A stretch of DNA of 61,471 bases from contig NC_068990.1 in the NCBI RefSeq assembly GCF_001194135.2, positions 62,400,802-62,462,272 on the forward strand, read 5' to 3'. Origin of the DNA: Octopus bimaculoides (lineage: Eukaryota). The notes beneath the pieces are model-generated. The model did not search any database. It was not told where the DNA came from and saw nothing but the letters and a program-made list of their open reading frames with translations. Shown piece by piece: positions 10,599-24,640 of this stretch. Made by a program: the position numbers and the translations under genes. Every line of letters begins with the position of its first letter. Position 1 is the stretch's first letter.

Positions 10599-11565
10599 GT
10601 AGATATCAGGCTCTTCTCTGTCAAGGAGTTAAAGACATGAAGGGAAAACGTGCATATAAGTGAACCATAAACAAAGAGTGAACTAGCAAGCTTCTTATAA
10701 ATTTAGAAATTTCTCAGAATGGAATGACAAATTAAGTTTGCAAGCGATCCCTCACTTCCACGTCAGTGCATATAAATAAGTATTCCAAATTGAAAGTTTT
10801 TAAACAGTGGTCTGAAATCGATAGCATAATTCTAGCCAGTTGACTTATTGTCACAAGGAGAATAATTTTATGTGACTACGAAGAAGAAGAAGAAGGAAAA
10901 AACTGAGTCTATTGTATATTGATGAATCTTTCATGATGAATAAAATCAATGCAGAGGGATACTGTTTGGTTATTCTGCACTGAGTCTCAGAAAAAGTCCT
11001 CCCTCTTCCTGCTGAGAATAGAATATTATAATTTCAATGAGCTGATACGATAGAATATAAATATACCTCACGCATACACTTATACATACATGTATAAATA
11101 CAAACATGTATGCTTATGTGTGCGTGTGTGTTTCTATTTATGTTCAGTTATGATAAAAAGAATTACGTTAATCTGATGGGTTACTCTATACTTTTGTAGA
11201 GTGCAAATTTATTATTCTTAAATAAGAATATCATTGAAAGTGACTTTGAAGTTTTGGCCAATTAAGCTATCGTCGATGTGCGATGCACTGAAGTTAGACC
11301 TGCCTTTATATAGTCTCCATTGGGTCAAAATCTTCCTTGGGTATGTGGGTTTGAGAGGAGTGGTAATCTCTATCTATCTATTTTTTCACACAAGCAGAGA
11401 CAGGGTCTTATACACACATATTTTTGAAAAACGATGATTCATATCCAAACCAAATCCATGGTTTTCTGTGATACTTATCTCCACAGCCATCTTTATCTAT
11501 ATGCATCAAGTCAATCCTTAACTTAATGCATATGAAAAAAAAAAACATGGCTATGTGGAAAAAAA

Positions 11566-11690
11566 AGCTTGCTTTGTAATCACGTGGTTTCCGGTTCAGT
11601 TCCACTGCACAATACCTTCGGAAAATTTCTTCTACAAAGTCTCGGACCGACCACTGCCTTGCGAATGGATTTGGTAGGCAGAAACTTTCA
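11566..11690 (+). mobile_element. Old family B SINE 5' fragment
   Basis: Degenerate head and CORE-like region (GGTTCAGTTCCACTGC..GGATTTGGTAGGCAGAAAC). Confidence 0.65.
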
Positions 11691-12699
11691 AATCTCATCA
11701 TAAATATACACACACATTTTGCTGCTGCTTCGCTTAGAAATCTAGGCGGTTGGGGCCACAATCACTACAGTGACAATAAAGATGAACAATGGTCTAAACT
11801 TTGAAGCCATTTATTGTCTACTGATACGTTACGATGTGTACGTGGGCCACATACATATAAGTGTACGGCAAGTGTACGGTAGACTACAAAAAATAAGAAA
11901 TAATACAAAAAAAAACTTAAATACAAGATTATTTGAACAGGGTTTCTGCTATTTGTTTTCTGATATGATGATATTCTGATAATAATAAAATATTCTGACA
12001 GGTATAAACATCACCCCCCCCCCTTTGATATTCACATACTACGAAACATAATGTAATCTGATATATTTCATAAATAAATTAACCGCCATTTTTCTGGGGT
12101 ATTCTGATACATTTTTCTGATACTGACATTTTATGGAGCATTCTGATGCATTTTTCCTGATATAGAACTTTCTTGTAACAAAAGGTTTTACTACAAAATA
12201 AATACATTTAACATGTTTATCATGACTGGGCGAAAGTACTAAATGAGATAAAATGTTGAATATACTGAAATTTAATACTTGAACATTATAAATTGCACAT
12301 AGGTAATTAACTACAAAATATTACCTTGAATAGACTGAAGCACTTTCACCCATGGATATACAATTACCGATATATTATTATAAGTATATATCTCAGGTTA
12401 ACATAAGAAGACAACTAAATATATTTAAATTAGCTTACAAAAACTCTGTCGGTTCACCACCACAGAAGCAGCAAAATTGGGCACACCGATACAAAGCGAC
12501 GCTGACAGCAACACAAAACAACCAAGAAACATTCAGGGGTGACAGCAGTGCTCCGAGACACGGACGTACACAAAAAGACACGACCGGCTGGTCAGAAGAC
12601 AAAATTACATCCGTCCCAGATACAAACCGGAAATGAACCACCCCCGACAAGCTGCAAAACGCAGACCAAACAATAACAACCTTATCAGTGGAGATAACG

Positions 12700-12900
12700 T
12701 GTGCGTTTGTCTTCACACCGCTTGAGAACTGACGTTAGTTTGTTTATGTCCCTGTAAATAAGAAGTTCGACAGGAAAAGAAAACAAAAGCAACAGAATAA
12801 ATAGCAAACTTAATAAGTAATGGGATCGATTCATTCCACTAAACATTTCAATGCAGTGCCCGTAGCATAGCTGCAGTCCAATATTAGGAAAAATAAAAAT
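12700..12900 (+). mobile_element. Old family B SINE 3' half
   Basis: GTTTGTCTTCACACCGCTTGAGAAC..GGGATCGATTCATTCCACTAAA..AGCATAGCTGCAGTCCAAT aligns to the family B tail. Confidence 0.6.
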
Positions 12901-14950
12901 TCAAGGATAAAACTTTAATATGNNNNNNNNNNNNNNNNNNNNNNNNNNNNNNNNNNNNNNNNNNNNNNNNNNNNNNNNNNNNNNNNNNNNNNNNNNNNNN
13001 NNNNNNNNNNNNNNNNNNNNNNNNNNNNNNNNNNNNNNNNNNNNNNNNNNNNNNNNNNNNNNNNNNNNNNNNNNNNNNNNNNNNNNNNNNNNNNNNNNNN
13101 NNNNNNNNNNNNNNNNNNNNNNNNNNNNNNNNNNNNNNNNNNNNNNNNNNNNNNNNNNNNNNNATATATACTCCAAGAAAGTTAGGGGTTGTGAATCCAA
13201 TCCACTAAGGGATAATATCTATCCAATATACTGCCGGAAGGATACCCAATTATTATTACACTAGTGTTTTTACCAAGTGCAATAAATGGGTGCGGGTAAA
13301 AGGAAATTTTACCCTTAATTTATATAGCAATAAGAAAATGGAGGGGAATATGTGGTACTCATCAACTTGCAGTCATTATATTATGTCAATTTACCTGTTT
13401 ATTTTTCAACTAAGAGGACAATAAAAACAATATACAAAGACACATGACATTTTGTCATATCAGTAATTAAAAATTAAAAAGGACATCTAGTGACCGGAGA
13501 AGGGACAATGTCTTACAGCTGTTTCAGCCTAGTGGTAACGTGCCTCATTCTATCTATATAACTCCAGTAAGCTGGAGTAATTGATAGATGAAATGGATGA
13601 AATAGAGGTACATGCATGATTCTCTAGGTCTCTTCAGAGATTTACAAAGTTCATGAAGTTAATTTATAATAACCAAATATAAACATAACAAACATATAAA
13701 AAAATCATAAAAACTCACATATATATGCATATGTATGCATACTTTAATATATATAGATATACAGAAATAAATAAACATAAATACATGAATACATATATGT
13801 ACATTTAAATGTACATACATAAACGTCTATACATGCACACCAATGAGTCAATTGTTATTGTTATTATACATGAGGAGGACACATATATATATACATAGAC
13901 ATATACATACACATATATATACCCACACATATATACATACACATATGTATATATAAGCATTCCCGTACATACATGTTCGCTTTAGATGCGTTTGGAAAGG
14001 AGGACTGGTGCATTGGTTCTTATCACTATATTTCCAGCAAGATGTTCAGACCTATATATGTTTATATATTTATATCCGAAACCTGTGAGGTATGAACGTG
14101 CTAGTCCTGTTTGTGATGGAGGAATTTATATATAAAAAAAATTTCGTGAGAATTGTTATAATAATGTCCAGACTTCTATAACCTGTGATAAGATACTCCG
14201 TTATTTTTTTTGCTTATGGAGAAGTTAGAATCCTGCTGGTAGTGGGGAGGGGTAATTTTTGCTGTTCAGTCCCCTCATCTAATTGGTCATCTATTGTTTT
14301 AAACTGTCTTGGCTTAGTTACGGTTGGACAACCATTAACCGGTCAAATGAATTAAGTATGAGTATATATATACACGTACATGTGCATAAATATATTTTCT
14401 TATTTTCTTATTGCTATATATNNNNNNNNNNNNNNNNNNNNNNNNNNNNNNNNNNNNNNNNNNNNNNNNNNNNNNNNNNNNNNNNNNNNNNNNNNNNNNN
14501 NNNNNNNNNNNNNNNNNNNNNNNNNNNNNNNNNNNNNNNNNNNNNNNNNNNNNNNNNNNNNNNNNNNNNNNNNNNNNNNNNNNNNNNNNNNNNNNNNNNN
14601 NNNNNNNNNNNNNNNNNNNNNNNNNNNNNNNNNNNNNNNNNNNNNNNNNNNNNNNNNNNNNNNNNNNNNNNNNNNNNNNNNNNNNNNNNNNNNNNNNNNN
14701 NNNNNNNNNNNNNNNNNNNNNNNNNNNNNNNNNNNNNNNNNNNNNNNNNNNNNNNNNNNNNNNNNNNNNNNNNNNNNNNNNNNNNNNNNNNNNNNNNNNN
14801 NNNNNNNNNNNNNNNNNNNNNNNNNNNNNNNNNNNNNNNNNNNNNNNNNNNNNNNNNNNNNNNNNNNNNNNNNNNNNNNNNNNNNNNNNNNNNNNNNNNN
14901 NNNNNNNNNNNNNNNNNNNNNNNNNNNNNTATATATATATATATATATAT

Positions 14951-15262
14951 GAAGGAACGTGGCTTAGTGGTTAGGGTAATCGGCTCATGATTACGAGGTT
15001 GTGAGTTCGATTACCGGCGGAGTGTTGTGTTTTTGTGCAAGGCACTTTATTCCACGTTGCTCCAGTTCACTAAGTTTGGAAAAATGAATTGTAATTCAAA
15101 GGCACGGCCTTGTCATATTGTGTGTCAGACTGAATCTCCCTGAGAACTAGTTTAAGGGTACGCGCGTCTGTAGAGTGCTCAGCCACTTGTACGAGCAAAC
15201 TCTTCCAGTTGATCCAATCGAATCAACTGGAACCCTCGTCTTCGCAACTGATGGAGCGCCAG
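14951..15262 (+). mobile_element. SINE family C-related subfamily (C2)
   Basis: GTGGCTTAGTGGTTAGGG head; 3' GAGTGCTCAGCCACTTG..ATCAACTGGAACCCTCGTC shared with 9762-10150. Confidence 0.85.
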
Positions 15263-15703
15263 TTTATATATATGTGGGATTATCCAATAAGAATTTGAAA
15301 TGGAGATTGTTTGCATCTAACTTAACAGACCAGTCTACATTATACAACACAGCGTAGATAAACGAAAATCTTTAAAGGCCGTATCGAAGGATATCAAATA
15401 GAGACTCTGAAGAAACTGCACCGGTTTTATCTATTGGTCATTGTAAGGCGGTATATAAATTAAAGAATTAATGGTGATGCTATGCAACTTCGTGGTAACT
15501 CTTATTATTAATTTTGTTTGGACCGCTGAAATCTACAAGTTATTTTTCTGTCTCTGCTTATTTTTCTCTATCCCTTTCTGTTGAAGAGTATATAGGCTCA
15601 AAGCGTAAAAGACTTTTTTCCTTTTTCTCGAGCGTCAAACTTGCTTGTTGTTCATATACCTATCTTCGGCTACTTTTTGTTTTTCTATAAATTAAATTTC
15701 AAC

Positions 15704-15741
<38 letters not shown>

Positions 15742-15886
15742 ATACAAAAAATATATATGCATGTATACACACATATATGTATATACTTTCATCTACATGT
15801 GTGTATAGATGCATATCAGGGTACAGGACGTTAGAACAATGAACTACAGACAACGGAACGAACACATAGGAAAACAGAAAGCCACT

Positions 15887-15935
<49 letters not shown>

Positions 15936-16253
15936 CACTAACAGTTTTTGTTAATCATTTGTATTTACAAATCTTCATATTACAGAAGAAAAGTAAGAAA
16001 GGGAAAGAGCTAGATTACAAGAAACTGAACGTTTTAAATTTCACGAACGTCAACCACACAGCAAAACCTCATTAGCAAAAGAAATTAATGTTCCTACAGG
16101 AAATCACGCTTATTTACTTCAGAACGAAAATCTAGTTCAGCTATGAGATGTTGCCGACTCTTACACGATCCACCAAAAATGTGCTGTATTCTAAAAGAAA
16201 AAAAAAATTATTACAATCACATATAAATATTACTGAGCTAAATTTGCTTCCTG

Positions 16254-16558
16254 AAGGCGCATGGCTCAGTGGTTAGAGCGTCGGGTTCACAATCATGAGA
16301 TAGTGACTTCGATTCCCGGACCGAACAACATAGTTTATTTCACGTTGCTCCAGTTCACTCAGCTGTAGAACTGAGTTGCGTTGTCACTGGTGTCGGCCTT
16401 TGCCTTTCCCTTTGGTAACATCGGTGGCATAGATAAGGGCGGTTGGTATGCTTGGGCGACTGCTGGTCTTCCATAAACAAACTTGTCCAGACTTGTGCTT
16501 CGGAGGGTAACATTTTAGGTGCAATTCCTTGGTCATTCATGACCAAAGAGGGGTCTTT
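16254..16558 (+). mobile_element. SINE family D (tRNA head, distinct body)
   Basis: GGCGCATGGCTCAGTGGTTAGAGCG head; body TTCACGTTGCTCCAGTTCACTCAGCTGTAGAA..GACTGCTGGTCTTCCATAAA also present at 55975-56260. Confidence 0.8.
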
Positions 16559-17261
16559 ATATATATATATAAACCTACTTTATATCACCATTAAACGCCA
16601 TTGAATTTAGTTGCTTCTTATTTTCTCTATTATCGAACCCTTCTCTACTCACCAAACACTTCTCTGCGTATCAAAACCTTCTCTCGTCTTTCCGATACTT
16701 ATTTACATGGTGTTTCACTTCTTACTCATTCACTGGAACTGCAGATTAAAAACAATGTGAAATTCTATACGTTATGACTTGATGTTCTACAAATGACAGC
16801 TACACCTCTCTCAAGGCACATCCCATTGTCTTAGTGAAAAAACAAAAAGAATGACACATTGAATAACCAAGCCCCGGATGTAGTGTTGACGGCTAGGAAG
16901 TACTTATTTATGACTTTACTCGATCAGTACAGACCTTAACAACATTTGAAATTCAATCAAAATTCAAACTTAAGTATTAAATTCTTTACCCATAAGAGTC
17001 AAGTAATTGCTTTCAAATATTTTCAGACAAAGCACTGCTTTAAACGCATCGTATTTACTGAGATAAGCACTTCAGTTTCTTTTTATATATCTAGCCATCA
17101 CCCTCATCAGTTTTTTGTTAGTTAACAGTTTAAAAGACATGAAATAAATATAAAAAGAGGAAGCGTAAAAAAAAAAAATAAAAGTTAGAGTGAGAGAAAG
17201 TATTTTAGAGTGATTGTGATATGACAGAGTTGTTAAGATATACTGAAATAGAAGAAAGTTT

Positions 17262-17440
17262 ATGAAGTGGCTGTGTGGTAAGAAGCTTGCATCCCAACCA
17301 CATGCTTCTGGGTTCAGTCCCCCTGCATGGCATCTTGGGCATGTATCTTCTGCTTCAGCCTCGGGCCAGCCATACGCTTGTAAGTGGATTTGGTAAACTG
17401 AAACAAGCCCGTCGTATATATATGTATATATATATATATG
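17262..17440 (+). mobile_element. Family B SINE 5' half
   Basis: GTGGCTGTGTGGTAAGAAGCTTGC..GGCATCTTGGGCATGTATCTT..AAGCCCGTCGTATATAT. Confidence 0.85.
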
Positions 17441-17624
17441 CGTGTGTGTGTCTTATTGATCAGTGGAGATCTACGAAACCTAGTGTATCGTTCAGGTTCA
17501 TTAGACGATATCCTTGTTTCTTTTTATAGAGAGGTTGAACATGGCAAATGAATGCATAAAGGTGAGATAGAGGAACATTTAAATACTGATGGAGGTATTT
17601 TCTCAATCTCCCAATTTTTATCTT

Positions 17625-18045
17625 TTAATTCTTAATCGATTACTTGTTTCAGTCGTTAGACTGCAGCCATGCTGGAGCACCTTTTTGAAGAATTTCAGTT
17701 GAACGAATCGGCCTTAGTATTTATTTTTAAGCCTGATAACTTATTCCACTGGTCTCTTTAACCAAGCCGCAAAATTAAAGAGACGTGAACACACAAACAC
17801 CGCTTGTCAAGTGGTAGTGGAAGACAAACACAGACACAAAAACAGACACAGATTCACGCACGCACACAGCACACATATATAAATATATGACGAGCTTCTT
17901 TCGGTTTCCGTCTACCAAATCCACTCAGAAGGATTGGTCGGCCCAATGCTATAGTAGAAGATGCTTGCCCAAGGTACCACGTAACAGGACTGAACCCAGA
18001 ACCATGTGATTGGAAAGCAAGCTTTTACCAATGAGTCACACTCTA
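17625..18045 (-). mobile_element. Family B SINE, near full length
   Basis: Reverse complement of the family B pattern from tail to head. Confidence 0.85.
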
Positions 18046-18698
18046 AAATACATCACGTTACTTTACAATCAATTTGTTTTATGAAGTTGGTTGAGGCTGA
18101 TTTACCTGCTGAGAGGATTTCATTAAGATATTTTGTATTTTAATCATATATAAAAGTGAAAGAGCGAGCGACCGAGGAAATATTTCCATACAATATCTAA
18201 AAGTTGATCTCTGTGACCAATGCATATTCATTCTCCACCGTTCGCTCTTATTCGTCACCATTCGCCACTATTCGCCACCATTCGCTAACATTCGCCACAT
18301 GCACATTCAACAACAAAAGAAACAAAGACATCAGCGTCATATACACGACTGATATTTTCTGATTTACAGACTTTTTGGAAACAGTTAAACAACTAAGACA
18401 TTTGTTCCGATATTACATTGTCTATAAATGTAGTTACATACAATGAGATAATAAAGAACTACAATTTTTAGATACACATATGGAATTATATTTAGACTTA
18501 TCTCATGAAACTCTACATTACTTTAAAAGCTCAGTAATAAAAAGAAGCAAATTTCATGCTGCCTCATAAATATGTATTACAGGTTGATAAATAAGCATAC
18601 TGGATTATTACTTCTAGTATTATAACGGCAACATGCCTTCTTTGATAGAATCTACAATATCGTATAATTACATTCAGGAAACATTAAATCGGCTTGAG

Positions 18699-19034
18699 CA
18701 GTGGTTCTCAACCAGGGACCATATAAGATTTTTGGGGGTTTCACGCAACAAAATATGTAATTAGGTATCCACAATAGTATCTGAAGAGCCCCTAATTTTT
18801 TTTTATTACTTTAGATGTATGTATTGGTATGTATTGCAAGAAATAACTAAATTTCTTTCTCTAACATTTTACATAGTTCAACCTACACAACTTAATGTGT
18901 GAAAAACGGAATAGGAATTTTGAGTGAAGTCTCTATAAAACTAGTTTCTAAACACAGAATAGCTATGCTGGGATTCGCCAGAATAAAACAGCAACTGTAG
19001 GGGTTCATAGATAAATAATGGTTGAGAACCATTG
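18699..19034. mobile_element. hAT (Charlie-like) MITE
   Basis: TIRs CAGTGGTTCTCAACC / GGTTGAGAACCATTG (14/15); 8-bp TSD GGCTTGAG / GGCTAGAG (7/8). Confidence 0.88.
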
Positions 19035-19652
19035 GGCTAGAGTAACGATCTTGAAAATCAAGAATGGTGACTCTAATGTATTTGGTTCAAATACAAATTA
19101 TTCTTTTAATACATTTTCAACACCGTTAAGCATATTTCAAAGTATGATAGATTTCAAACAGTGAATGTCTTTGTGTTAATGACAATGTTTTAGTGGCAAA
19201 TGAAATAGTAATAATGAAATTGAAGGGAGAGAATGTAAAACTCACAAGTTGAAGTTAACATCAGAAAGAGAGAGAGGAAGAGAGAGAGAGAGAGGTTCAG
19301 ATAAAAGGTCCTTAAATGCGTCACTTAAACTAGGATAACTATAATTGGTGCAGTTAACCAGTGACTTACAAAGCAAGGCTCGCTGAGCCATTGAAAATCA
19401 AATATTAACACGTTAATCCAGTTATAGACATGAATGCATAATGATCCATACTCTCACATAACGAAAGATGTTTTAACACGGAATATTGCAAATACAAGAC
19501 AAGATTCTTACCAAAGGGCCGCTCGGATAAAAATCTCATACCGTCAAAACTCACTGCATTACACAGAGACTACCATAGGAGTATTTAAAATGCTCAGCTC
19601 TTTTCTGAGTTACCTTTACTCATATTGGTCATACTTGCACTTGTTTATGCAC

Positions 19653-19819
19653 GCGCAGGCATGGCTATATGGTAAGAAGATTGCTTCTCAACCAAATAGT
19701 TCCGGGTTCAGTCCCACTGCGTGGCAACTTGGCCAAATGTCTTCTCCTATAGCCTCCGGCCGACCAAGACATTGTGACTGGATTTGCTAGATGGAAATTG
19801 GAAGAAGCCCATCGTGTGA

Positions 19820-19850
<31 letters not shown>

Positions 19851-20045
19851 GATGTGTCAGTGTTTGCTCCAACCACCCCTAGGTAACCGGTGTGATTACG
19901 CCCACGTAACCTAGCAGTTCGGCAAAAGTAACAGGATTTCAAAAAATTAGATAAGTACTGGGGTCGATTCATTCGACTAAACACTCTTCAAGGCGCTGCT
20001 CCTGCATGGCCGCAGTCTAATGACTGAAACAAGTAAGAGATAAAA
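19653..20045 (+). mobile_element. Family B SINE, full length
   Basis: Head, CORE-like domain, internal (TG)n, tail CATGGCCGCAGTCTAATGACTGAAACAAGTAAGA. Confidence 0.88.
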
Positions 20046-20320
20046 AATATATATGTTAACTAATTAGTTTGTGAATGGGAGAAGATTTTTGATTGAATAT
20101 AAATTTAAATGCTTGGAATAAAGACAAATAATTTTGTTCCGCCTTATATTTTTCCTGTACATTTGTATTGTATTAAATTGCGTGGTGTGTGCGCATGTTA
20201 GTGTGTACATACATACATACATACATACATAAATACATACATACGTAGGTGTGTGTGTATGTATACGTATATAAATGTATATTTTTAATGTATAAATGTA
20301 TACCTATAAATACAAATACA

Positions 20321-20368
<48 letters not shown>

Positions 20369-21567
20369 CACGCACACATATATATGTATAATGCATATAT
20401 ATATATATACATATGTGAATGCATATACATACATACATATGCAAATATTTATGCATGTGTGTGTGAGTGTGTGTGAGTGAGTTTGGAAACAGAGATTGAA
20501 GAAGGAGAAAAGGAGGAGGAGAAGGCGGAGGTCAAGCGATCTCACCTACTCCTCACACAACAACCATTGGAAAGTTTCCAATGTTTAGTGCGTAGTAAAT
20601 AGTTGGTAAAAAGCAATCAGAATAATTCAAATATTTAACTTCTGATGATGAACTCGTGACATGCGACAAAGTTCAGCTGAAAAAAACAAAATCGTAGGCC
20701 AGTCCCTTTGTAACATCTTCCAATTAACCCGTATAATTATTCATATGTTCACAAAACACGAGAGGGAGAGAACGAGAGGTGCGTGTGTGTGTTGTGTGTG
20801 TATTTGCATGGGAGAAAGAAAGAAAGAAAGGGAAAGAGAGAGGCTGGTGGGGGCGGGGAAGAGAATGAGAAAAAAATGTTTATAAAAGGCTAAGGTTATA
20901 TAATGGAATCAGGCGTAAAGAATACACCGTTGCGTCTATTTCTTTCTTGAAATGTTTTCGGCTGTAATAATGTTATATTAGCAGCGTCGGAGAAAGTCGG
21001 AGAGGGAAAGAAAGACAGAGAGAGAAAGGAAAAAAGTGAGAGAGAGAGGGAGAGCGAGAGAGAGAGAGACGGCGCTCGGAAGCTAAAGCCACAACATAAG
21101 TTCATTTCTTTTAATGTAAAAGTCAATATGATAAATTCAATATTATTTTTTAAAACAAACATGGACAACTATTGAATTACCGACATTTTTTACTGAATGG
21201 CCAATAAATTAACCTACTGGTTTTCTTATCGTTAACGTTTTATTGTTGTATCTGCTGTGGCAGCTCTTTGTTGGCGTGATTTTTCTTGCTTGCCAGTTAT
21301 TGTTTTATTTTGTTTTGTCGACGGTGATGTTGTTATCATCATCAGCATCTTCATTATTTGTTCCGTTTTTTTTTTTTTTGAATTGTTGCAGATTTTGCAA
21401 CCATTGTTATTGTCAGGTCATTTTTGTGTTACTTTTTTTTAGTTTTAACTATTCCAGCAGTTTTTGCTATTTGTGTTGTTTTTGTGGTTGTTGATATTGT
21501 TACTGAAGTTGTTGCTCGACACCACAGGTTTTGTTTTCCTTTATTTCCTTTTCCACCGCATTTCATA

Positions 21568-21592
21568 CTACTACTACTACTACTACTACTAC

Positions 21593-21672
<80 letters not shown>
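21568..21672. repeat. (TAC)n(TAT)n trinucleotide array
   Basis: Seen directly; a family A SINE begins at its 3' end. Confidence 0.97.
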
Positions 21673-21673
<1 letters not shown>

Positions 21674-21890
21674 GCTGGTGAATTGGCAAAATCTTTGGCA
21701 CGCTGGGCGAAATGCTTAACCGTATTTCGTCCATTTTCTCGTTCTTGGTTCAAATTCCGCCGAGGTTATCTTTGTTTTTTATCCTTTCGGGTCGATAAAT
21801 TAAGTGCCAGTGAAACAATGGCATCGATATAATCGATTTGTTCCTTCCCTCAAAGTTTCAAGCTATTTTTTGCCTGTGGTATTATTATTC
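21672..21890 (+). mobile_element. Family A SINE
   Basis: Head, GGTTCAAATTCCGCCGAGGT, ATCCTTTCGGGTCGATAAATTAAGTGCCAG, tail. Confidence 0.85.
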
Positions 21891-22828
21891 TCACTGCATT
21901 CATTTTACTTCTGGTGTTTAACTGCTACCACTTATATAGTGGTAATAACACCAGTAGTCTTAATAATAGTAGTAGCAGTCGTCGTCGTTGTCGTCATAAT
22001 AGTAGTAGTAGTAGTAATAGTAGTCCAAAATGCTAAATTAACTGAAGTGTGCCAACAAAATAAATTTCTTTTCCCATCTTTCTAGTAAGCTGAGGTGCGG
22101 TGGGTTTACTTCCCTTGGTTCTCAGATCTGATTTAGTCCAGTTAATATTACTTTCTTTTTGATTTCCCTTGACTTTATCCAGTTTTTGCTATTTTTAGAT
22201 ATTTTACAATTCCACAAAGTGACCTCGAGCACACTTGTTTCAGCAAATAATTGCTTGAATATAACAACAATAATTTGTCTTCTACCTCAACCTTGTCCGA
22301 AAGGTTTTGTCACACCATTGCATCGTTGCCTCAGAGGTCCTTGTTTTTTTGTTTTCGCAATTATAAAGTATCAAGTTTTAAAAAGAAAAACAAAACGGAA
22401 ATTTCATCTAGTAACTCTATCTTCGAATCGCATATGAAATTCTTGACAACTAGTCTTATATTAAAATCGGAAGAAAAAAAATCAAGCAACAAAAGAAAAA
22501 AAAAATGCAAAAAACAGAACACTTTTGATCAGGCACAGAGACTCTTAGAAATATCTGCAATTCTGCCGACATCATGTAGAATAAAAATAAATTTCTGAAG
22601 CGGCCGTTTTTAACATTTATCGCAGATCGATAGTGCTGAATAATTCACGTAAACGAATCTATTTGTTTTATTTCACTTCTATTGCTATTTTTTTATGGAA
22701 TGACTATATACACATACATATATACATATTTGTGTGTGTATATATGTGTGTGTGTGTGTGTATGTATATATATATGTATATATATGTGTGTGTGTGGTGT
22801 GTGTGAATGTGTATATATGTATGTGTGC

Positions 22829-22863
<35 letters not shown>

Positions 22864-23789
22864 AGCACATGCATATACATTATTATACATATGTATGTAT
22901 TTATATGGTTATGTGCGTATGCAGAGAGGATGACATATGAAGCCAAAATTGTCCAGTTTTGTTTCTAACTGTTTTATATATATATATACAAAGAAACTAA
23001 TGCACACATACACATGCGCTTACATAGATATGCGTACACGTATATTTAGACAAAACTAATACCGCGGACATTGGAAAAGAAGAGTGAAAAAAAACAAACG
23101 AAAATCGGTTTGTATCCTTTGACTTTATTTCTGCTTTAAAAAGCCAATACGCAGCGTATGAATTATAAATCATATTTAATCTTTTTCTTTTTCCTATTCA
23201 CCAACTTTTGAAAGATGATGATATGATTGTAATAATAAGGATAACGATGTTGTCATCGACGATGACGACGATGACGACGATGAAGATGGTGGTGATGATG
23301 ATGATGATGATGATGATGACGATAACGATGATGATGACGACGACGATGATGATGATGAAGGTGATGATAAGGATGATGATGATAAAAGAAACGAACCGTT
23401 GTAGACATCAGGAGCCACGCCATCATCATTCACATCAATATTATAATATTTTTGCAATGTCTCTTTCAAGCTTACCCGTTTTTTTTTATCTTGGTCAATA
23501 CCAGCTCCAGCATCAGTAATACCACCACCACCACCACCGCCGCCACTGCTGCCACTGCCTCCCTCTCCGCCTCCGCCACCTCCGCACCACCACTTCCACC
23601 ACCACACCCATCCCCACCATTGTTATGGTTGAACACAGATCACAACTGCAAATACGTGATAACCCTTGATATTTGATGTTTACTTTTCATTTTTCCTACG
23701 GTACCAGTTATATACTGAAGGGAGGAGAATTCATTGGACTTACGTAGCCTTCCTTTTATTGACTTCATTCCCGAGTAGCCACGGTCCTA

Positions 23790-24640
23790 TTGACGATGAC
23801 GACGACTTCGATGACGACGACTTTGATGACGACGACTTCGATGTCGACGACTTCGATGACAACGACTTCGATGACGACGACTTCGATGACANNNNNNNNN
23901 NNNNNNNNNNNNNNNNNNNNNNNNNNNNNNNNNNNNNNNNNNNNNNNNNNNNNNNNNNNNNNNNNNNNNNNNNNNNNNNNNNNNNNNNNNNNNNNNNNNN
24001 NNNNNNNNNNNNNNNNNNNNNNNNNNNNNNNNNNNNNNNNNNNNNNNNNNNNNNNNNNNNNNNNNNNNNNNNNNNNNNNNNNNNNNNNNNNNNNNNNNNN
24101 NNNNNNNNNNNNNNNNNNNNNNNNNNNNNNNNNNNNNNNNNNNNNNNNNNNNNNNNNNNNNNNNNNNNNNNNNNNNNNNNNNNNNNNNNNNNNNNNNNNN
24201 NNNNNNNNNNNNNNNNNNNNNNNNNNNNNNNNNNNNNNNNNNNNNNNNNNNNNNNNNNNNNNNNNNNNNNNNNNNNNNNNNNNNNNNNNNNNNNNNNNNN
24301 NNNNNNNNNNNNNNNNNNNNNNNNNNNNNNNNNNNNNNNNNNNNNNNNNNNNNNNNNNNNNNNNNNNNNNNNNNNNNNNNNNNNNNNNNNNNNNNNNNNN
24401 NNNNNNNNNNNNNNNNNNNNNNNNNNNNNNNNNNNNNNNNNNNNNNNNNNNNNNNNNNNNNNNNNNNNNNNNNNNNNNNNNNNNNNNNNNNNNNNNNNNN
24501 NNNNNNNNNNNNNNNNNNNNNNNNNNNNNNNNNACGATGACGACGACTTCGATGACGACGACTTTGATGACGACGACTTCGATGTCGACGACTTCGATGA
24601 CAACGACTTCGATGACGACGACTTCGATGACAACGACGAC
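23790..24640 (+). repeat. 15-bp minisatellite (GACGACGACTTCGAT)n on both sides of an N gap
   Basis: 23793-23891 and 24534-24632 are identical over 99 nt, including the order of variant units. Confidence 0.9.

Noticed and set aside
17070-17112. Minus-strand CTGATGA...GAAAC
   Set aside because: No stem II pairing between the two motifs.
20642-20692. CTGATGA followed by a 6-bp stem (TGAACT/AGTTCA)
   Set aside because: GAAA does not follow the stem directly, and stems I and III cannot be formed.
23194-23607. 137-aa minus-strand ORF with a non-repetitive middle
   Set aside because: Embedded in GGT/TCA trinucleotide tracts; the tested acceptor-donor combination is closed in all frames.
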